From contig NC_091476.1 of NCBI RefSeq assembly GCF_036971445.1, positions 31,372,001-31,436,000 of the forward strand: DNA of 64,000 bases, written 5' to 3'. This stretch comes from Narcine bancroftii (taxonomy: Eukaryota). Made by a program: the position numbers and the translations under genes. A model generated the notes under the pieces. It was given only the letters and a program-made list of their open reading frames with translations, searched no databases and had not been told where the DNA came from. Below, piece by piece: positions 11,930 through 25,629 of this stretch (position 1 is the stretch's first letter; every line of letters begins with the position of its first letter).

Positions 11930-13500
11930 GTAGATGCCATGGAATTCAGTGTTTACAAGTCCCCAAGGCCAGATGAGAACTGCCTCAGGTAAACATAGGA
12001 AGCAAAAAAAGAGATTGCTAGGTAACTGACTGAGATGTTTGGACCTTCGTGAACTAAGTTGAAGTGCAAGAAAAATATCTAATCATATCTAATCATTTAT
12101 TGCAGCAGGGATAGAGAAATTATTGAAAAAAAGTCATAAGGAATGGGATTTATGTTCATTTGGAAAAGCTACAACTGAACAAGGATAGTCAGCCTTTGAA
12201 TTTGAAGAGGTAGGCAAGAAGGGAAGAAGGTAGATATGATATATCTGGACTTTAATAGGTATTTGACAATGTTCCACATGGTAGGTTGGTCCAGGTTAAA
12301 ACATGGAATCCAAGGCAAATAGGCTAATTAGATCCAAAATTGGCAAGGTGAATGTAGGCAGAGGGTACATGATCATAGGTTGATGATTTTCTGACCAGTG
12401 ATCTACCACAGGGATCAGTGCTGGGGCTCTTGTTGTTTTGGATTCATTATGAAAGTGAGCAGTATGAATGGTAATTTTGTGGACGACACAAAAGTTGGCA
12501 GTGTTGTAAAAAATAAGGGAAATAATGTAAGGCTACAGCATGATATAAATTGTGTGGCTTCAAAAGGTTCATGTCTCAGTTTGTGCAATGCGACTGCAAT
12601 GCCAGTGACCCGGGTTGGAGTTGTCCAGTAAATGGTAGGCTGCAAAGATAGGTTAAGTTAAGCAGTTCAACCCATTCTTCACTTAGAGTGCTACTTAGGG
12701 TGATAGAGAAAGTATATTTATGCTTGCCCTCAGAGGCTGGGGCACAGAATAGTACAGTTGAGAATTTGCAACTTTATAAAATAATGGTTTGACCATAATT
12801 AGAGTATTGGGTGCAGTTCCAGTGACCACATAACATATTTGTGCTGGAGAGAGTGGAAAGGAGATTTGCCAGGATGTTGCCTGGATTTTATGGACTTCAT
12901 TAATGCAGAGAGATTGAAAGGGTTGGGCTTATTTTCCAAGGAGTGAAGTAGAATTAGCTGTGACTTGATAGAGGTAGAGAAAATTGTAAAAAGCACTAAT
13001 AGGGTCATCTTTTTCCCATGGTTGGTATATTAAAAACTAGAAAGATTTTTTGACACCAAGACTGATTAAAACATAGAATAATTCAACAGGGAAATGGCCC
13101 ACTATCTCTGTCCCTACCATCCTGTCAAACTAAACCCATATCTCTCTCTTCCTTGTATCTTCATGCTTCTAAAATGTTGCTATCATATTTGCTTTTATCT
13201 TATGACCTCTACCCTCGCACTCCTCCCCCTCCTCTCCAAGCATCATCTTCCAGACACCTAACGCTCTCACTGTAAAAAGAATGCGCAAATCTCATTGAAA
13301 TCTGGATAGATATAGTCATAATCTTAATATCTGGAACTTGCTACTAGAGGAGGTAGTGGAGCTATCTGTAATCACAAATTACAACAGATATTTGTATAGC
13401 AGAGAAAGAAACTGGCCAATTGAAGGGAAATGGAATTAATGAAAATGAACAAAATGGTTGGCATGAATGTGGTGCCCTGTTTCTGTGCTGCACAAGTCTC
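11930..13500 (+). mobile_element. Old, fragmented CR1 LINE RT and 3' region
   Basis: KSPRPD, IYLDFNR..FDNVPHGRL, PQGSVLG, FVDDTKVG, LEYWVQF remnants with stops/frameshifts. Confidence 0.75.
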
Positions 13501-13697
13501 TGATTCTATTACTGATGTTTCTGCTTGCTCAAGCTCAGTGCTGTATTCAAGTAATCCAGATGCAGATTGATAGCCCTCAGTAAACGTAAAGAATTAAAGA
13601 TGCACCTTTTTAACTATGAAAATGTCAGATTAGGATCAACAACCTGCCCTCCCTACAACCACCACCATTCTCCCCTCCATCTTACACATTGCATCAT

Positions 13698-13888
13698 AAA
13701 TTTAGACATACAGCACAATTACAGGCCCTTCTAGTCCACGAGCCTGTGCCCCTAAAATATACCAAATAACCAACAAGGTTGGGGCAAAAAAAACACACAC
13801 AGACAGGGGGAGAATGTACAAACTCCTTACAGACAGTGCAGGATTCGAACCCCAGTCACAGTAATAGCGATGCCACTGTGCCACCCCA
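13698..13888 (-). mobile_element. tRNA-derived SINE
   Basis: Reverse: ggggtggcacagtggc..ggggttcgaatcctgcactgtctgtaaggagtttgtacattctccc; B-box GTTCGAATC. Confidence 0.85.
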
Positions 13889-13949
13889 AATTTTGCTTCC
13901 TTGCATTAAGGCTTCATGGTTTAGTTTAAGTGAATTGTCTCTTGGCTGA

Positions 13950-15420
13950 ATTCACCAAAACATTTAAAATGTCCTTAGCCATGGGTGTGGTGCCAGAAGA
14001 TTGGAGCGTAGCTCATGTTGTTCCGTTGTTTTAAAAAGGATCCAAAAGTAAACCTGGAAATTATAGACTGGTGAGCCTGACATCAGTAGTAGATGAATTA
14101 TTGGAAGGTATTATAAGAGATTGAATACACAAGTATTTGGATAGCCAGGGTCTGATTAAAGATAGTCAACATGGCTTTCTGTGTGGTATGTCGTCTTTCA
14201 CCAGTCTTACAGATTTTTTCAAGGAGGTTATCAGGAAGGTTGATGAAAAAAAGGCTGTGAATATTGTCTACATGGACTTTAGTAAGACCTTTGACAAGGT
14301 CTGAAATGGGAGGTTAGTCAGGAAGTTTCAGATGCTCAGCATTCATGGTGAGGTAGTGAACTGGATTTGGCAATGGCTGGACGGGTGAAGCCAGAGAGTA
14401 GTGGTTGATGATTGCTTCTCAGATTGGAGGCCTATGATTGATTAGTGGTGTGCCTCAGGGATAGGTGCTTGGACCATTGTTTTTTGTCATCCATATCAAT
14501 GATCTGTAATATAACGTGGCAAATTGGATCAGCAGGTTTGCAGATGACATTAATATTGAAGGTGTTGTGGATAGTGAAGAAGGTTTGCAAATCTTGCAGA
14601 AAGATTTGGACCAGTTGGAAAAATGGGATGAAAAATGGCAGATAGAATTTAATGAAGACAAGAGTGAGGTATTGCATTTTGGAAGGACAAACCAAGAAAG
14701 GACATATATAGTGAATGGTAGGGTAATGAGGAGAGCGGTAGAACAGAGGAATCTGGGAATACAGAAACATAATTCCTTGAAAATGATGCCACAGGTGGAT
14801 AGGGTTGTAAAGAGAGCTTTTGGCATATTGGCCTTCATAAATCAAAGTATTGAGTACAAGAGTTGAGATGTTATGTTGAAGATATATAAGACATTGTTGC
14901 GGCTAAATTTGGAGTATTGTGTGCAGTTTTGGTCACCTAACTACAAAAAAGCTATCAATAAGATAGAAAGAGTGCAGGTAAGATTTACTTGGATGTGGCC
15001 CAGACTTCAGGAACAGAGTCACAGGGAAAGATTAAACAGGTTAGGACTTTATTCCCTGGTGCATAGAAGGGAAGATTTGATTGAGATATTAAAATTATGA
15101 GGTGGGACGGTGGGGGAATAGACAAAGTAAATGTATATAGGCTTTTTCCATTGAAGGTAGGTGAGATACAAACTAGAGGACATGGGTTAAGGGTGAAAAA
15201 GCAGTTTAGGGGAACATCTTCACAGAGAGCAGTGGGAGTGTGGAATGAGCTGCTAGCTGAGGTGGTGAATGCAGGTTCAATTTTAACATTAAAGAAAAAT
15301 TTGGACGTGCATGTATGGGAGAAATCTGGAGGTCAGTGTGACTAGGTAGAAAAAATGATTCAGCACAGACTAGAAGCACCAAAGGGCCCTGTTTCTGTGC
15401 AGTAATGTTCTATCATTCTA
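13950..15420 (+). mobile_element. CR1 LINE RT region and 3' end (pseudogenised)
   Basis: KPGNYRLVSLTS, SQHGF, VYMDFSKTFDKV, SGVPQG, ISRFADD, LEYCVQFWSPNY, TRGHG; 3' gttctat tail. Confidence 0.92.
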
Positions 15421-16534
15421 TGGAAATATTTAGGGACAAACAAGCTTTTGTATTCATTAAAACAAGTATGACCATTGATATGAGTGAACTCAGAAAAGGA
15501 AGTCAGCCTCTTCTTGAAAGTGCATATAAGTGGGGGCTGACATTCTCCATTGTGTGTGGAATTTGCATTAAAGCTTACGATTAAAGGCAAGTCGTGAATG
15601 GGCTGAATGTTATATATGGCGTCATTCATGTAATATACTTATCAGTTGAAAATTGGATTTCTGCCACATCAATAGATCAGGAGGCTTCAAGCATGTTTAG
15701 ATCTTGTGATAAGCATCTACAATTATAGAAGGAAATATGCCCTTCATCTTTGCCACTCTTGTATTTTGTAGAAAAATGATAGATTTGAATCAGTTTCTCT
15801 CCATTTAACATTAATTCAGTATGTAGCCTTTTAAAATTGATAGAGCCTCATAGTTCAGGGCAATGAAAAAGATGATTAGCCACATATGTCCTGTCAAATC
15901 ACTGTCAAAAATTATACAGTACTGTTCAAAGAAGAGCAAGGAAGTTCATAATGGTCTGACTAACATATGTCCCTCAAAACTAATATTGACAGATCCTATT
16001 GTGTGACCACTTATCTCTGTTGTTACATTTCATAAGTGAATAATTTAATTTTAATGCAGAAATATGTCAAATAGCTGTCTCTGTATTCTTTTCTTACATT
16101 GGAGTTAAGGCCTGACTTTGTATGAGGCACACACCTGGCATCAAACCTGACATCTAGCAAAGTGAGTGATTTTGGTTTTACATTGAACAGCTTTTAGCAG
16201 GAGACAAAGAATCTCCCCTCAGCAGAGAATAGTACCCATACACATATGGGAGCACATGGACGCATATGAATGTAAATGACATGATTGTGAATTACAAACA
16301 CATTTACAAGCACAATAGCACAAAAAGAAGTGCTATATTGCAAGCTACTCTGAGCAGACCTTCTCCTTCAGCGTTTATACTTGTAAATGCGTACAGGTGC
16401 ATGGATATGCCCAACCCTTAAGTATGTATACATATGAATGCACATGTTACCTATCTGTACATACAAATACACATACAAATACACATAACTTGCATGTTAG
16501 CTGACACTCGTATACAGTCGTATTCTCAAACTCA

Positions 16535-16696
16535 NNNNNNNNNNNNNNNNNNNNNNNNNNNNNNNNNNNNNNNNNNNNNNNNNNNNNNNNNNNNNNNNNN
16601 NNNNNNNNNNNNNNNNNNNNNNNNNNNNNNNNNNNNNNNNNNNNNNNNNNNNNNNNNNNNNNNNNNNNNNNNNNNNNNNNNNNNNNNNNNNNNNNN
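16535..16696. other. Assembly gap (N run)
   Basis: Run of n characters. Confidence 1.
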
Positions 16697-17084
16697 TTGA
16701 GCCCAGATATTATTCTATTGCAAAAAAACATCTCAATTGGAGATGCAATGACATTTAATTTTGGTTTTCATTTAAACAGAATTTTGTAAGGAACAGTTGT
16801 TTAGCTTTCAGTTTTCGAATGAACACCACAGCATCCAACCCAGCCTCCACAATCTTTCCCAAAACTGAAGTCCTCTAATTGATGGTGAATCCCTCTAAAT
16901 TCACTCCAACACATCCATATACTTCCTCTTGTAATTGGTTGCATGGACATTTTTTTCTGAACTTCTGTAGTTTTCTTGAATATCCATTTAGACTCACATC
17001 TGGTTGAAGGAATTTGGTTTGTTATGTGCTAAGCCAATGAGCAAAGATCTGCTGAGCTTGGAAGTTTTCAATCAAGACATTTTT

Positions 17085-17400
17085 AAGATTCAAGATTCAA
17101 TTTATTGTCCTGTAATAAAAACAGTGCATATTTCACAAAATTGCTTTTGTCTGTTGTAAGGCAGACAGATTCGTCAATGGCAGAAATTGCCTGAAGTGCC
17201 TCTAACAGTCAGCCAGAGAAAGAGAAACAAAAATGAGTTCCCCCCAGATTCGCCCCAGCTCTCCCACAGCCTCCACAGCCGAACGGGGGCCAGTCCAAAG
17301 CATCACCAACCTGAGCCCCAGATCAGAACCTTCCATAAGATTGATTAGGAATCCTTCAGCAACCTCGGCCCCCTCTCACATCCCGAGAGTTTCTGGGTGT
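17085..17400. repeat. Unclassified ~300-bp interspersed repeat (copy 1)
   Basis: caagattcaatt..tgtc..gtaataa..gcagacagatt..gcagaaattgcct..gagaaagagaa..ctgagc(c/t)ccagatc also at 26703-27015 and partly 50490-50800. Confidence 0.65.
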
Positions 17401-17469
17401 ACTTGGCCAAATTATAATTTGTCAATTATAATATTTGTTTTAGCTATGGGAACAATTAAAGAGGCTATT

Positions 17470-17835
17470 TATTTTCTCTGACTTAACAGAGAAATGAAAG
17501 ACTTAGATAAGGTAGGTGGTCAGAATCTTGTTTCCCCTATTTTAGAGGTATCAAAATCAAGAGATGATAAATTTAGAATGAGAGGAAGGAGTTTCCAAGG
17601 GGATCTGAGGGGGAGAGTTTTTTTTTATGGTCGATATCTGAAGCTTACTGCCAGTGGAAGTGGTGGATTCAGATGGGATGATGATGCCTATAAGGAAGTT
17701 AGACCGACATTTAAATAGGCAAGATCCAAAATTATATGGACCTATCATGGGCAAATGGATCAGTGTGGATGGACAAAAACGTCAGCATGGAAATATAGGC
17801 CGAATGGCAATTTTCTGTGCTGCTCAACTCGCTAT
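17470..17835 (+). mobile_element. CR1 3' fragment
   Basis: MKDLDKVG..SRDDKFRMRGRSFQGDLRGRVFF; typical CR1 3' UTR. Confidence 0.65.
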
Positions 17836-17844
17836 GACCTTCAG

Positions 17845-18345
17845 GTTTCAGATTTATTGTCAGAGTACAAACATGACATCACATATAACCCTGAGATTCT
17901 TTTTTCCTGTGGGCCAGGCAGAATTACCACTTATTGGTAGTGCAAAAAACAACTGTACACAACGTACACATGTAAACAAATAAAGAACTATAAACAGATA
18001 GAGAATAAAAGAAAATAATCAATATAGTGGATAATTAAGAGTTCTTAAATGAGTCCATAATTGAGTTTGTTATTCAGGAGTCTGAAGGTGGAGAGGTAGC
18101 AGGTGTTACTGAACTGGTGGTGCGAGTCTTATTGCACCTATACCTCTTTTCTGATGGCAGCAGCGAGAACAGAGTATGTGCTGGGTTGTGTGGATCTATG
18201 ACGATTGCTGCTGCTCTCTGATGCACCATTCCCTGTACATGTTCTCGGTAGAGGAGACAATTTTGCCTGTGATGATCTGGGCTGTGTCCACTACCTTCTG
18301 GAGGGTTTTATGCTCAGGGTGTTGCTGTCCCCATACGAGACCTTC
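17845..18345 (-). mobile_element. Rex/Babar-like LINE 3' fragment
   Basis: Reverse complement of 6550-7010 (KTLQKVVDTAQIITG; tail cagatttattgtcagagtac). Confidence 0.8.
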
Positions 18346-18764
18346 AGACTGATAGTGAAGATGTGTCAGAATCAAGAATAAACATGGTAATATGCTGAAA
18401 GGCCAATTCCCTCTCCCACCCTTCACTATGGATATACAATGTTGAATATCATTCTCTGGAGAGACACTGAGCAAAGGCTAAGGATCTCCTCAGAGGAAGT
18501 GCTGAATATTATCCACAAAGGACATATTAGTTGCAAATCTCTGAAAGTGTAAACATCTGGTGGATCCAGCGATTTGTATTAATTGATTTAACTCCATTAA
18601 TCTGTGTATAATATTTGGAATTTTTCATGCAAATTATAACTCCTTGTTCCTTTAGTTTTGAGAATTTTAAGTTTAATTTTGAGCTATTACAAAGAAGATG
18701 ATCAATCCTAAAAAAAATCACATTGCGAACACAAAAGGTATAAATAACTACCCTTCCCCTAACC

Positions 18765-20650
18765 TCAGGAAAGATATTACTAAGATTGAAAGAGTGCAGA
18801 GATGATTTACAAGAATGTTGCAAGGACTTGAGGAATTGAGTTACAGCGAAAGGTTAAACAGTTTAAGACTTTTCTCTCTGGAGTGTAGAAGGGGAGATTT
18901 GATAGAAGTTTCAAAATTACGAGGTGTATAGCTAGAGTAAATGCAAGCAGGCCTTTTCCACTGATGTTAGGTGAAACAAGTATGACATGGGATAAGAGTG
19001 AAAGGGAAAATTTTTTAAAATATTTTAGTTAAAGTTTAAAATCACATAACATAACATTAGTTACTACATTTTAATAGATATAATGTGATTAATCATTTTT
19101 ATATAAAAAAACCCCAACCAAACCACTAATACTCCCCTCCTCCCCTGCCTACAAAGAGAGAAAAAGGAGATCATTATCTAGTATAATCACTTATAACCAT
19201 ATAACCACATATCCACTTACAGCACAGAACAGGCCAGTTCGGCCCTACTAGTCCATGCCGTAACAAATCCCCACGCTCCTAGTCCCACTGACCAGCACCC
19301 GGTCCATACACCTCCAGTCCTCTCCTCTCCATGTAACTATCCAGTTTTTCCTTAAATGTAACCAATGATCCTGCCTCGACCATGTCTGTAGGAAGCTCAT
19401 TCCACATCCCCCACCACCCTTTGCGTAAAGAAATTTCCCCTCATGTTCCCCTTATAATTTTCCCCCTTCAATCTTAAACCATGCCCTCTAGTTTGAATCT
19501 CCCCCACTCTTAATTGAAAAATCCTATCCACGTTTACTCTGTCTGTCCCTTTTAAAATCTTAAACACCTCTATCAAGTCCCCTCTCAATCTTCTACGCTC
19601 CAGAGAAAAAAGCCCCAGTCTGCACAACTCAAACCTTGAAATCCTGTCAACATTCTCGTGAACCTTCTCTGCACTCTCTCTATTTTGTTTATATCTTTCC
19701 TATAATTTGGTGACCAAAACTGTACACAGTACTCCAAATTTGGCCTCACCAATGCCTTGTACAATTTCATCATAACCTCCCTACTCTTGAATTCAATACT
19801 CCGATTTATGAAGGCCAACATTCCAAATGCCTTCTTCACCACAACATCTACCTGAGCATCAGCCTTGAGGGTACTTACTATTTACCACAACTCCTAAATC
19901 CCTTTGTTGCTCTGCACATCTCAATAGCCTACCATTTAATGCATATGACCTATTTAGATTATAAAACGTTAAAACTTCTTGGCTGCAGGAGCGGCGGCAT
20001 CCATCAAAGTGGACAAAGAGATCAAATTTCTAACATCAATAATTTTCAGATATGGGCTCCAAACTTTAGCATAGAAAAAAAATTGTCTCTCAAATTATAT
20101 GTAATATTTTCTAAAGGAATACAAGCTTTCATTTCATTATGTCATTGTTTCATTCCTAAAACCAAGTCAGATTTCCATGTAATAGTTAAACACATTTTAG
20201 AAACCGCCAAAGACAAACACAAAAATTTAAATTTCATACATATTCAATTTCAGTCTTAAAGCTGTTGTCTTAAAATCTCCTAGTAAAAACAACATTGGAT
20301 CAAAAGGTAAACTTACTTTTAATATTTGCTCTAAAAACAATTTAATCTGCAACCTTAAACTTTTAACCTTAGAACAAGTCCACGTCGAATGGAAAAAAAA
20401 AGTCCCTAAAAGGGGAAATGTTTAATGGGAACATTTAGGGGAACTTCTTCATGCTGAAATGCTGAAGCTGCCAGCTTCAGTGGTGGTTGGGGGCTCCATT
20501 TTGATATTTAAGAAAACATTGGATTGCTATATATGAATGGGAGGGATATGGAGGGTCATGGTCTTGGGATTAGACAGAATAATTTGTTTGGCACTGATGA
20601 AATGGGCCAAAGAAGCGAATTCTGTGCTGTGGTGTTCTCTGGTTCTATAA
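18765..20650 (+). mobile_element. CR1 3' fragment split by an L1/Tx1-like fragment (19010-20400), itself split by a younger CR1
   Basis: Host CR1 stops at gagtgaaaggg (~19006) and resumes at aaaggggaaatgtttaatgggaac (~20408); inner AT-rich segments resemble the 3' end of 42775-44345. Confidence 0.65.
19192..19955 (-). mobile_element. Young CR1 3' fragment
   Basis: ORFs 19585-19842 and 19397-19627: VKKAFGMLAFI..LYKALVRPNLEYCVQFWSPNY..TRGHGLRL..FFTQRVV; 8-bp ATAACCAT tail repeats. Confidence 0.92.
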
Positions 20651-23600
20651 ATAATCTTGAGAATTGGACTAGGACAAACTTTGTGTCATTCTTGATGGTT
20701 GAATCAGAATAACTGAGTTAAAGTCTCCACCTGGTTGTCCTGGTAGTGACCACTATGCTGGTTGGACACGTATGTAAAATACTCCTATTCAGAAATAAAG
20801 ATCCTTAGAATTAAGGATGCTGTTTATTGCCTATATTTAGATGCCCTTAGATGCTCCCTAGTTAGCACTTCAAATCTGCTAAAGCAATTGAATGCAACTG
20901 TGTCGCCAATTTAGTGTGCAGTGAAAAATCAACGATGTTGTATGTCCAGAGGGATTTCAAATAAAACTGTGGATTGGAGGGGAGCATGACACAGCTTTTT
21001 CATTTGGATCATTTGGTGAGTTAAGGAGCATCTAACGAAAAAAGACACCAAATTTCATGCAAATGCCTGTGCATCCACCAGTGTGTGTTTTAAGGGGATT
21101 ATTTTAATTGCAGTTGCATGGCCTAACCGTCTTTTTTTTTTCCCTTAGGATGGTGAAATTGGGGATGGGACGGTGGGGGTGGGGGGGGGGGGTGCTTTCA
21201 GATGGTGGAGAAATTGCTGTCATTTCCACCAAAAACATAATTTTGTGTCTCTTCCAGCCAATCGTATATAATGGGACTCCAGTGCAAACATAGCTGCCTT
21301 AAGGTGAGAGGCTATTACATCCACAGTAAATGTTGCAGCTTCCACAGAAATTGCCTTCTTTTGTCCTCTGTCAGTATTGTGATTTTAGACTTAAATATTT
21401 GATGTTCTTCCATTATATTTTAAAAAGATGCATACAGCAGATTGTAATAAATGTCTACAAAGCCTGCAATTGTTACTCCATTAATCAAATCATCATTCGG
21501 GTCTATATTTCAATGTCCTATCAAATTATCACAGAACTGTGATGTGCGTCTTTTGAATCAGGAGAAATTATGTACAACATTTTCCATTAATCATTTTACA
21601 TTTTAGCATGGACAGGACTCGGTTCTAATAATAGAGCAAATCACTGTCATAAGTATAAGCCAGAAGAAATATTATTAAGAAGTATTTCATCTGGGTGAAG
21701 ATTCTGGTCTCGAGAGGTTGCTGAAAGGTGGACTGCAGCCTCTCCATTACACCGATGAATCAGTTCTAAATGCCAGGAACAAAATCTCCGTTTAGCATTC
21801 ATCTTTGAAGGTCCTCTATTCTGTTTCTGAATGCAATTGTGTTGCAATTGCAATTGAGTTGTCCTTTGCAGTTCAATTCCCAAATGGTTTGAGACTTTTT
21901 CTTTTGTTAGCCAGAAGTGCTAACCTTAAAATAAATCCCTGGAGTGAAATTGCTGGTGTCTTGTGAAACACTGATTGGAGAAATACACCAACTGTCAGAT
22001 TTGGGGGTGAATCAATCATCTCAAGTTTTTCATCATTTATTTCACAGAATGGACTTGGTTTTGCAGATCTGCTCTTGAGAGCGAATTGCCTCAAAAGTTA
22101 TTAAGACATTTGAATTAATGAGCTCAGTGCACAGAGACAAACGGTTTATTGAAATGGGAATCAGCATACTGTGGGTTTCAGTCACTTATTGCCAGGTTAT
22201 TGTTCTACGTTGCAATGCAAGTAAATTCATAAGCGGTTATGTTAGAGGAAGCAAAATGTACCTTGTTGATTAAGGGTACATCTTCGTATCCATTGGTATT
22301 GATATCTGGTCTCTTCTGTCATCTTGTAGGAGGTACCATAGCACTCGGGCCCTTACATTCAGATTGGGCAACAATGTTTTCATTTCCCCACCCCCCCGCC
22401 CCAAGCCATCAGACTCATGAATTCACAAAACATATGTGGATAGTGCACTGTGGACTTTGACTGTATATGTCTTAATATTTTAATATGTTTAACTTCTATT
22501 CTAACTTGTATTTATGTAAATATGCCCTGTGGCCCTGGAGAAATGGATTTATTTGTCCAAGCTTTTTAAAAAAATGTGTTATCAATGCATGAGAGTGAAA
22601 TAAAATAGTTGGGCATTCATTTGTTTCAGTCTTGGGATTCTTCACAGGAAGGTCCTTCTGCAGAATTCAAAATGCAGTCGAAAGCTGCATTTTAGAAGCA
22701 CAGGATTGTCTCTTTTTTTAAAAATCTGGAACTTTCCTTTTCATTTTGTCAGAAGTTACTACTACAGCTTTGGCCTAGCACTCAGAATGAAACAAAGCTG
22801 AGCAAATTTGTTGATGTGCACTTTCTATTGTCCTTGCACCTTGATGGACACGAGCTTGTACCGTAATAGAGTCATGTTTGGATCCAGTCACATGTACAGG
22901 CCAAAGATCTTTAACTGTAGAATAACTCCAATGCCAGAAAGTAATAGCATGGAGGGCTGCTGAGGGAGGAAATATTTGTTTCAGTTTCCAGTTTGATGAG
23001 CTCAAAATAAATGTGCAGCAAACCTTGATCACATTTGGCCAAATTATTTTTAATATTCAGATGGGTGTTAATTTAAAAAAAGAAAACCATGACACACACG
23101 ATCAACCTTAATTTTTGTCCTCTTAGCCAATGTTGAATATTATCCTGACATGAAAACTGTGTTCTTTATTTCCATATGAATAATGTGCCTTTTGATGTTA
23201 TGAATTGTAGGGTTTGTGCAAATTCTAGATTGTTAGTTTCTTTTTTCAAGTCTTGTGGCTCAGAGTTCAACCTATTTATTCTACTGATATGAAAAATTGG
23301 TGAATGGGTGCCCATGGGTGTAGGTGTGTTTGTATATGTGAGTGTGCATAGATTGTTGGGGTGTGCGTTTGTGTTCATCCCCATTGCAGAAGTCATTCCA
23401 TTCAGTAAACTGCCATGAAGGAAGACAAGAGCCTCTTAACTCACATCAAAAACGGGATGAGGTCAAAAAGAGGAGATTGGGATTCACAATGTCTTCATCG
23501 TTTCTGCTCCAGCCGTATGCCTAAACATTAGTTTATTGGGAGTTAATGACCTCCAGCCCTTGTGATTTTTCACATGTCTGATGCTGGCCAGCTGTCTCTT

Positions 23601-23899
23601 TCTGCCATTTCAGCTGGACAACCAGTTAGAGTGAACTGCAGAAGTTAAAATCATCTTGTGTTTCAGATCGATGACATTGAGCTGGAATCCATACAAATCT
23701 AGACTTTTGGGCTGCTTAATAAGAAAGTCCTTTCGTGGATTAAATAACAGTTGGTCTGTTTTCAGCCATATTTAAGCAGTGGTAGAATGGGACAGCAATA
23801 TTGAACTGAATCTGCTGGCTGTGGCCCAAAAGGAAATGCAGGTAATCAGCTGCTCGCGCATGAGGAAGCAGAGCCCATTTTGAATGTCCATGACAGCTG

Positions 23900-24370
23900 C
23901 AGAAAGAAAGTGGCAAACCTAACTAAGTCCATCATAACACCAGCCTCCTATCCATTGATGACAGCTGTACGAGGTGCAGACTCAAGAGAGCAGCCAACAT
24001 CATAAGCGTCTACTATCAATCTGGTAATGCTCTCATCTTGCTGCTACCTTTAGAAAGAAGGTACAAAAATCTGAAGTCTGACATGTCCAGGATCAGTGAC
24101 AGGTTTCTCCCACCCCCCCCCCCCCCCCCCAAATCTATCAGGGTCTTACCCTAACCATAACACGACTATATTCATAAAAAAACCCACTTAATTTGCATCT
24201 CTCTATCCATATTTAGCATTTGATATTTATTATATATTTTTCTCATGATGCATAGTGTTGTCATATTTATTGTTAGTTGGTATATTTTAACATATTTGTG
24301 TGGCTTCAGCAAGCAAGAAATTTGTTGCATCTGTACATTTCACTTATGCAAAGGATAATAAACTCTCATC
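23900..24370 (+). mobile_element. Rex/Babar-like LINE 3' relic
   Basis: ctgcagaaagaaagtgg..agcagccaacatcataag..agaaggtacaaaaatctgaag..ataataaac. Confidence 0.6.
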
Positions 24371-25629
24371 CTTGATCATTGTACACCCAGGATATTCCCA
24401 GTGACAAGTTGCCGGTACAACTTATCAGTCTATTCGATAGTTGAATTCCACTTGGAGCTCCATTTATTTTTAACTTGTTTTACTTGTTTAACTTATTTCA
24501 TTGTGTTTTGATTCATTAATTTTTCTTTTGTTCTTAAAGCTTTTGATAATATGGGCAATTCTAGCCCATAATAGGTACCAGGCAACTCAAGCCCATTGTC
24601 TGTGAGTCTGGCCAGTAAGCTGGACCCAACTCAACTTGCTTCTATTGGACCCATCTCTCAGCCCTTACAGCACTTAATAATATATTTCTTTAGTCATTTA
24701 GTCATTAAAAGGTTAGTCAATGCCTTTCGAGCAACAAACATTCAATATAATTGGATATACCTAAACAGTTAAAAATTTCTCCGGCACCACCTCCCGCAAA
24801 AGTTTCTACCTGACCTCTGTCCATCAATGTTTAAGGTGCATTTCTAATACACTGGAACTGTGCTTAGCAAATTTCCTTATGACATAGGAGGAGGCCATTT
24901 CAGGCCATTGACTTGATGTTGGCACACAAAGCAATTTGTTTCCCTCTGACCTGTTCTACTTACATTCCCATTATCTCCCTCCTTCCTACTGAAGCCTGAA
25001 ATTATTTTTGCATCCTGTATCAATTTGATTGAGAGTAATGGGGCCTTTGCATTGTAATCCCTCCAGAGCACTTCCATAAAGACAGTTCAAAATATGCCCC
25101 TGGATTCGCTCCAGTGAACTTGACAAACAAGCAGAGAAGTAGTGTACCAGATCTCTTCCAGTACAGAGATGTTTCAAAGACACTGTGCACTTAACTGCTC
25201 AGCAAAGTAATCTCTGCTTTTATCAAATGTACAATGTATGCGTTCATTCAGGATACTTGTGATAACAGGGCTTAAAATGCTGGATGCCTTTTTGTCATCT
25301 TTTACTCTTAAATCTTTGATGAGGGATTGAATGATGCTGTAGTTTAGTACATGGTCCTTTCACCTTTGGGAGTTGGGCTCAAATACAGGCTTGAGCAGAA
25401 GAATAAAAGTTTGCTCGTACATGGACCCTTTTGTGCAACAGGGGGAAATATTTCCATGGTTTATCTTGTGTTGATAAGAGATGAGGACAATTATTAAGGA
25501 GCCCAAAACATGAAACACAACTGCACTAAGCTGTCAAACCTATACAGAGAAGCTATGAGCAAAGTTTTTATGAGAGGTGGAAATGTCACACTGATACACC
25601 AATGGCTTGTGTACTCTGATCCTGGCAAC

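Noticed and set aside
16434-16731. ORFs spanning X residues
   Set aside because: Artefacts of the N gap.
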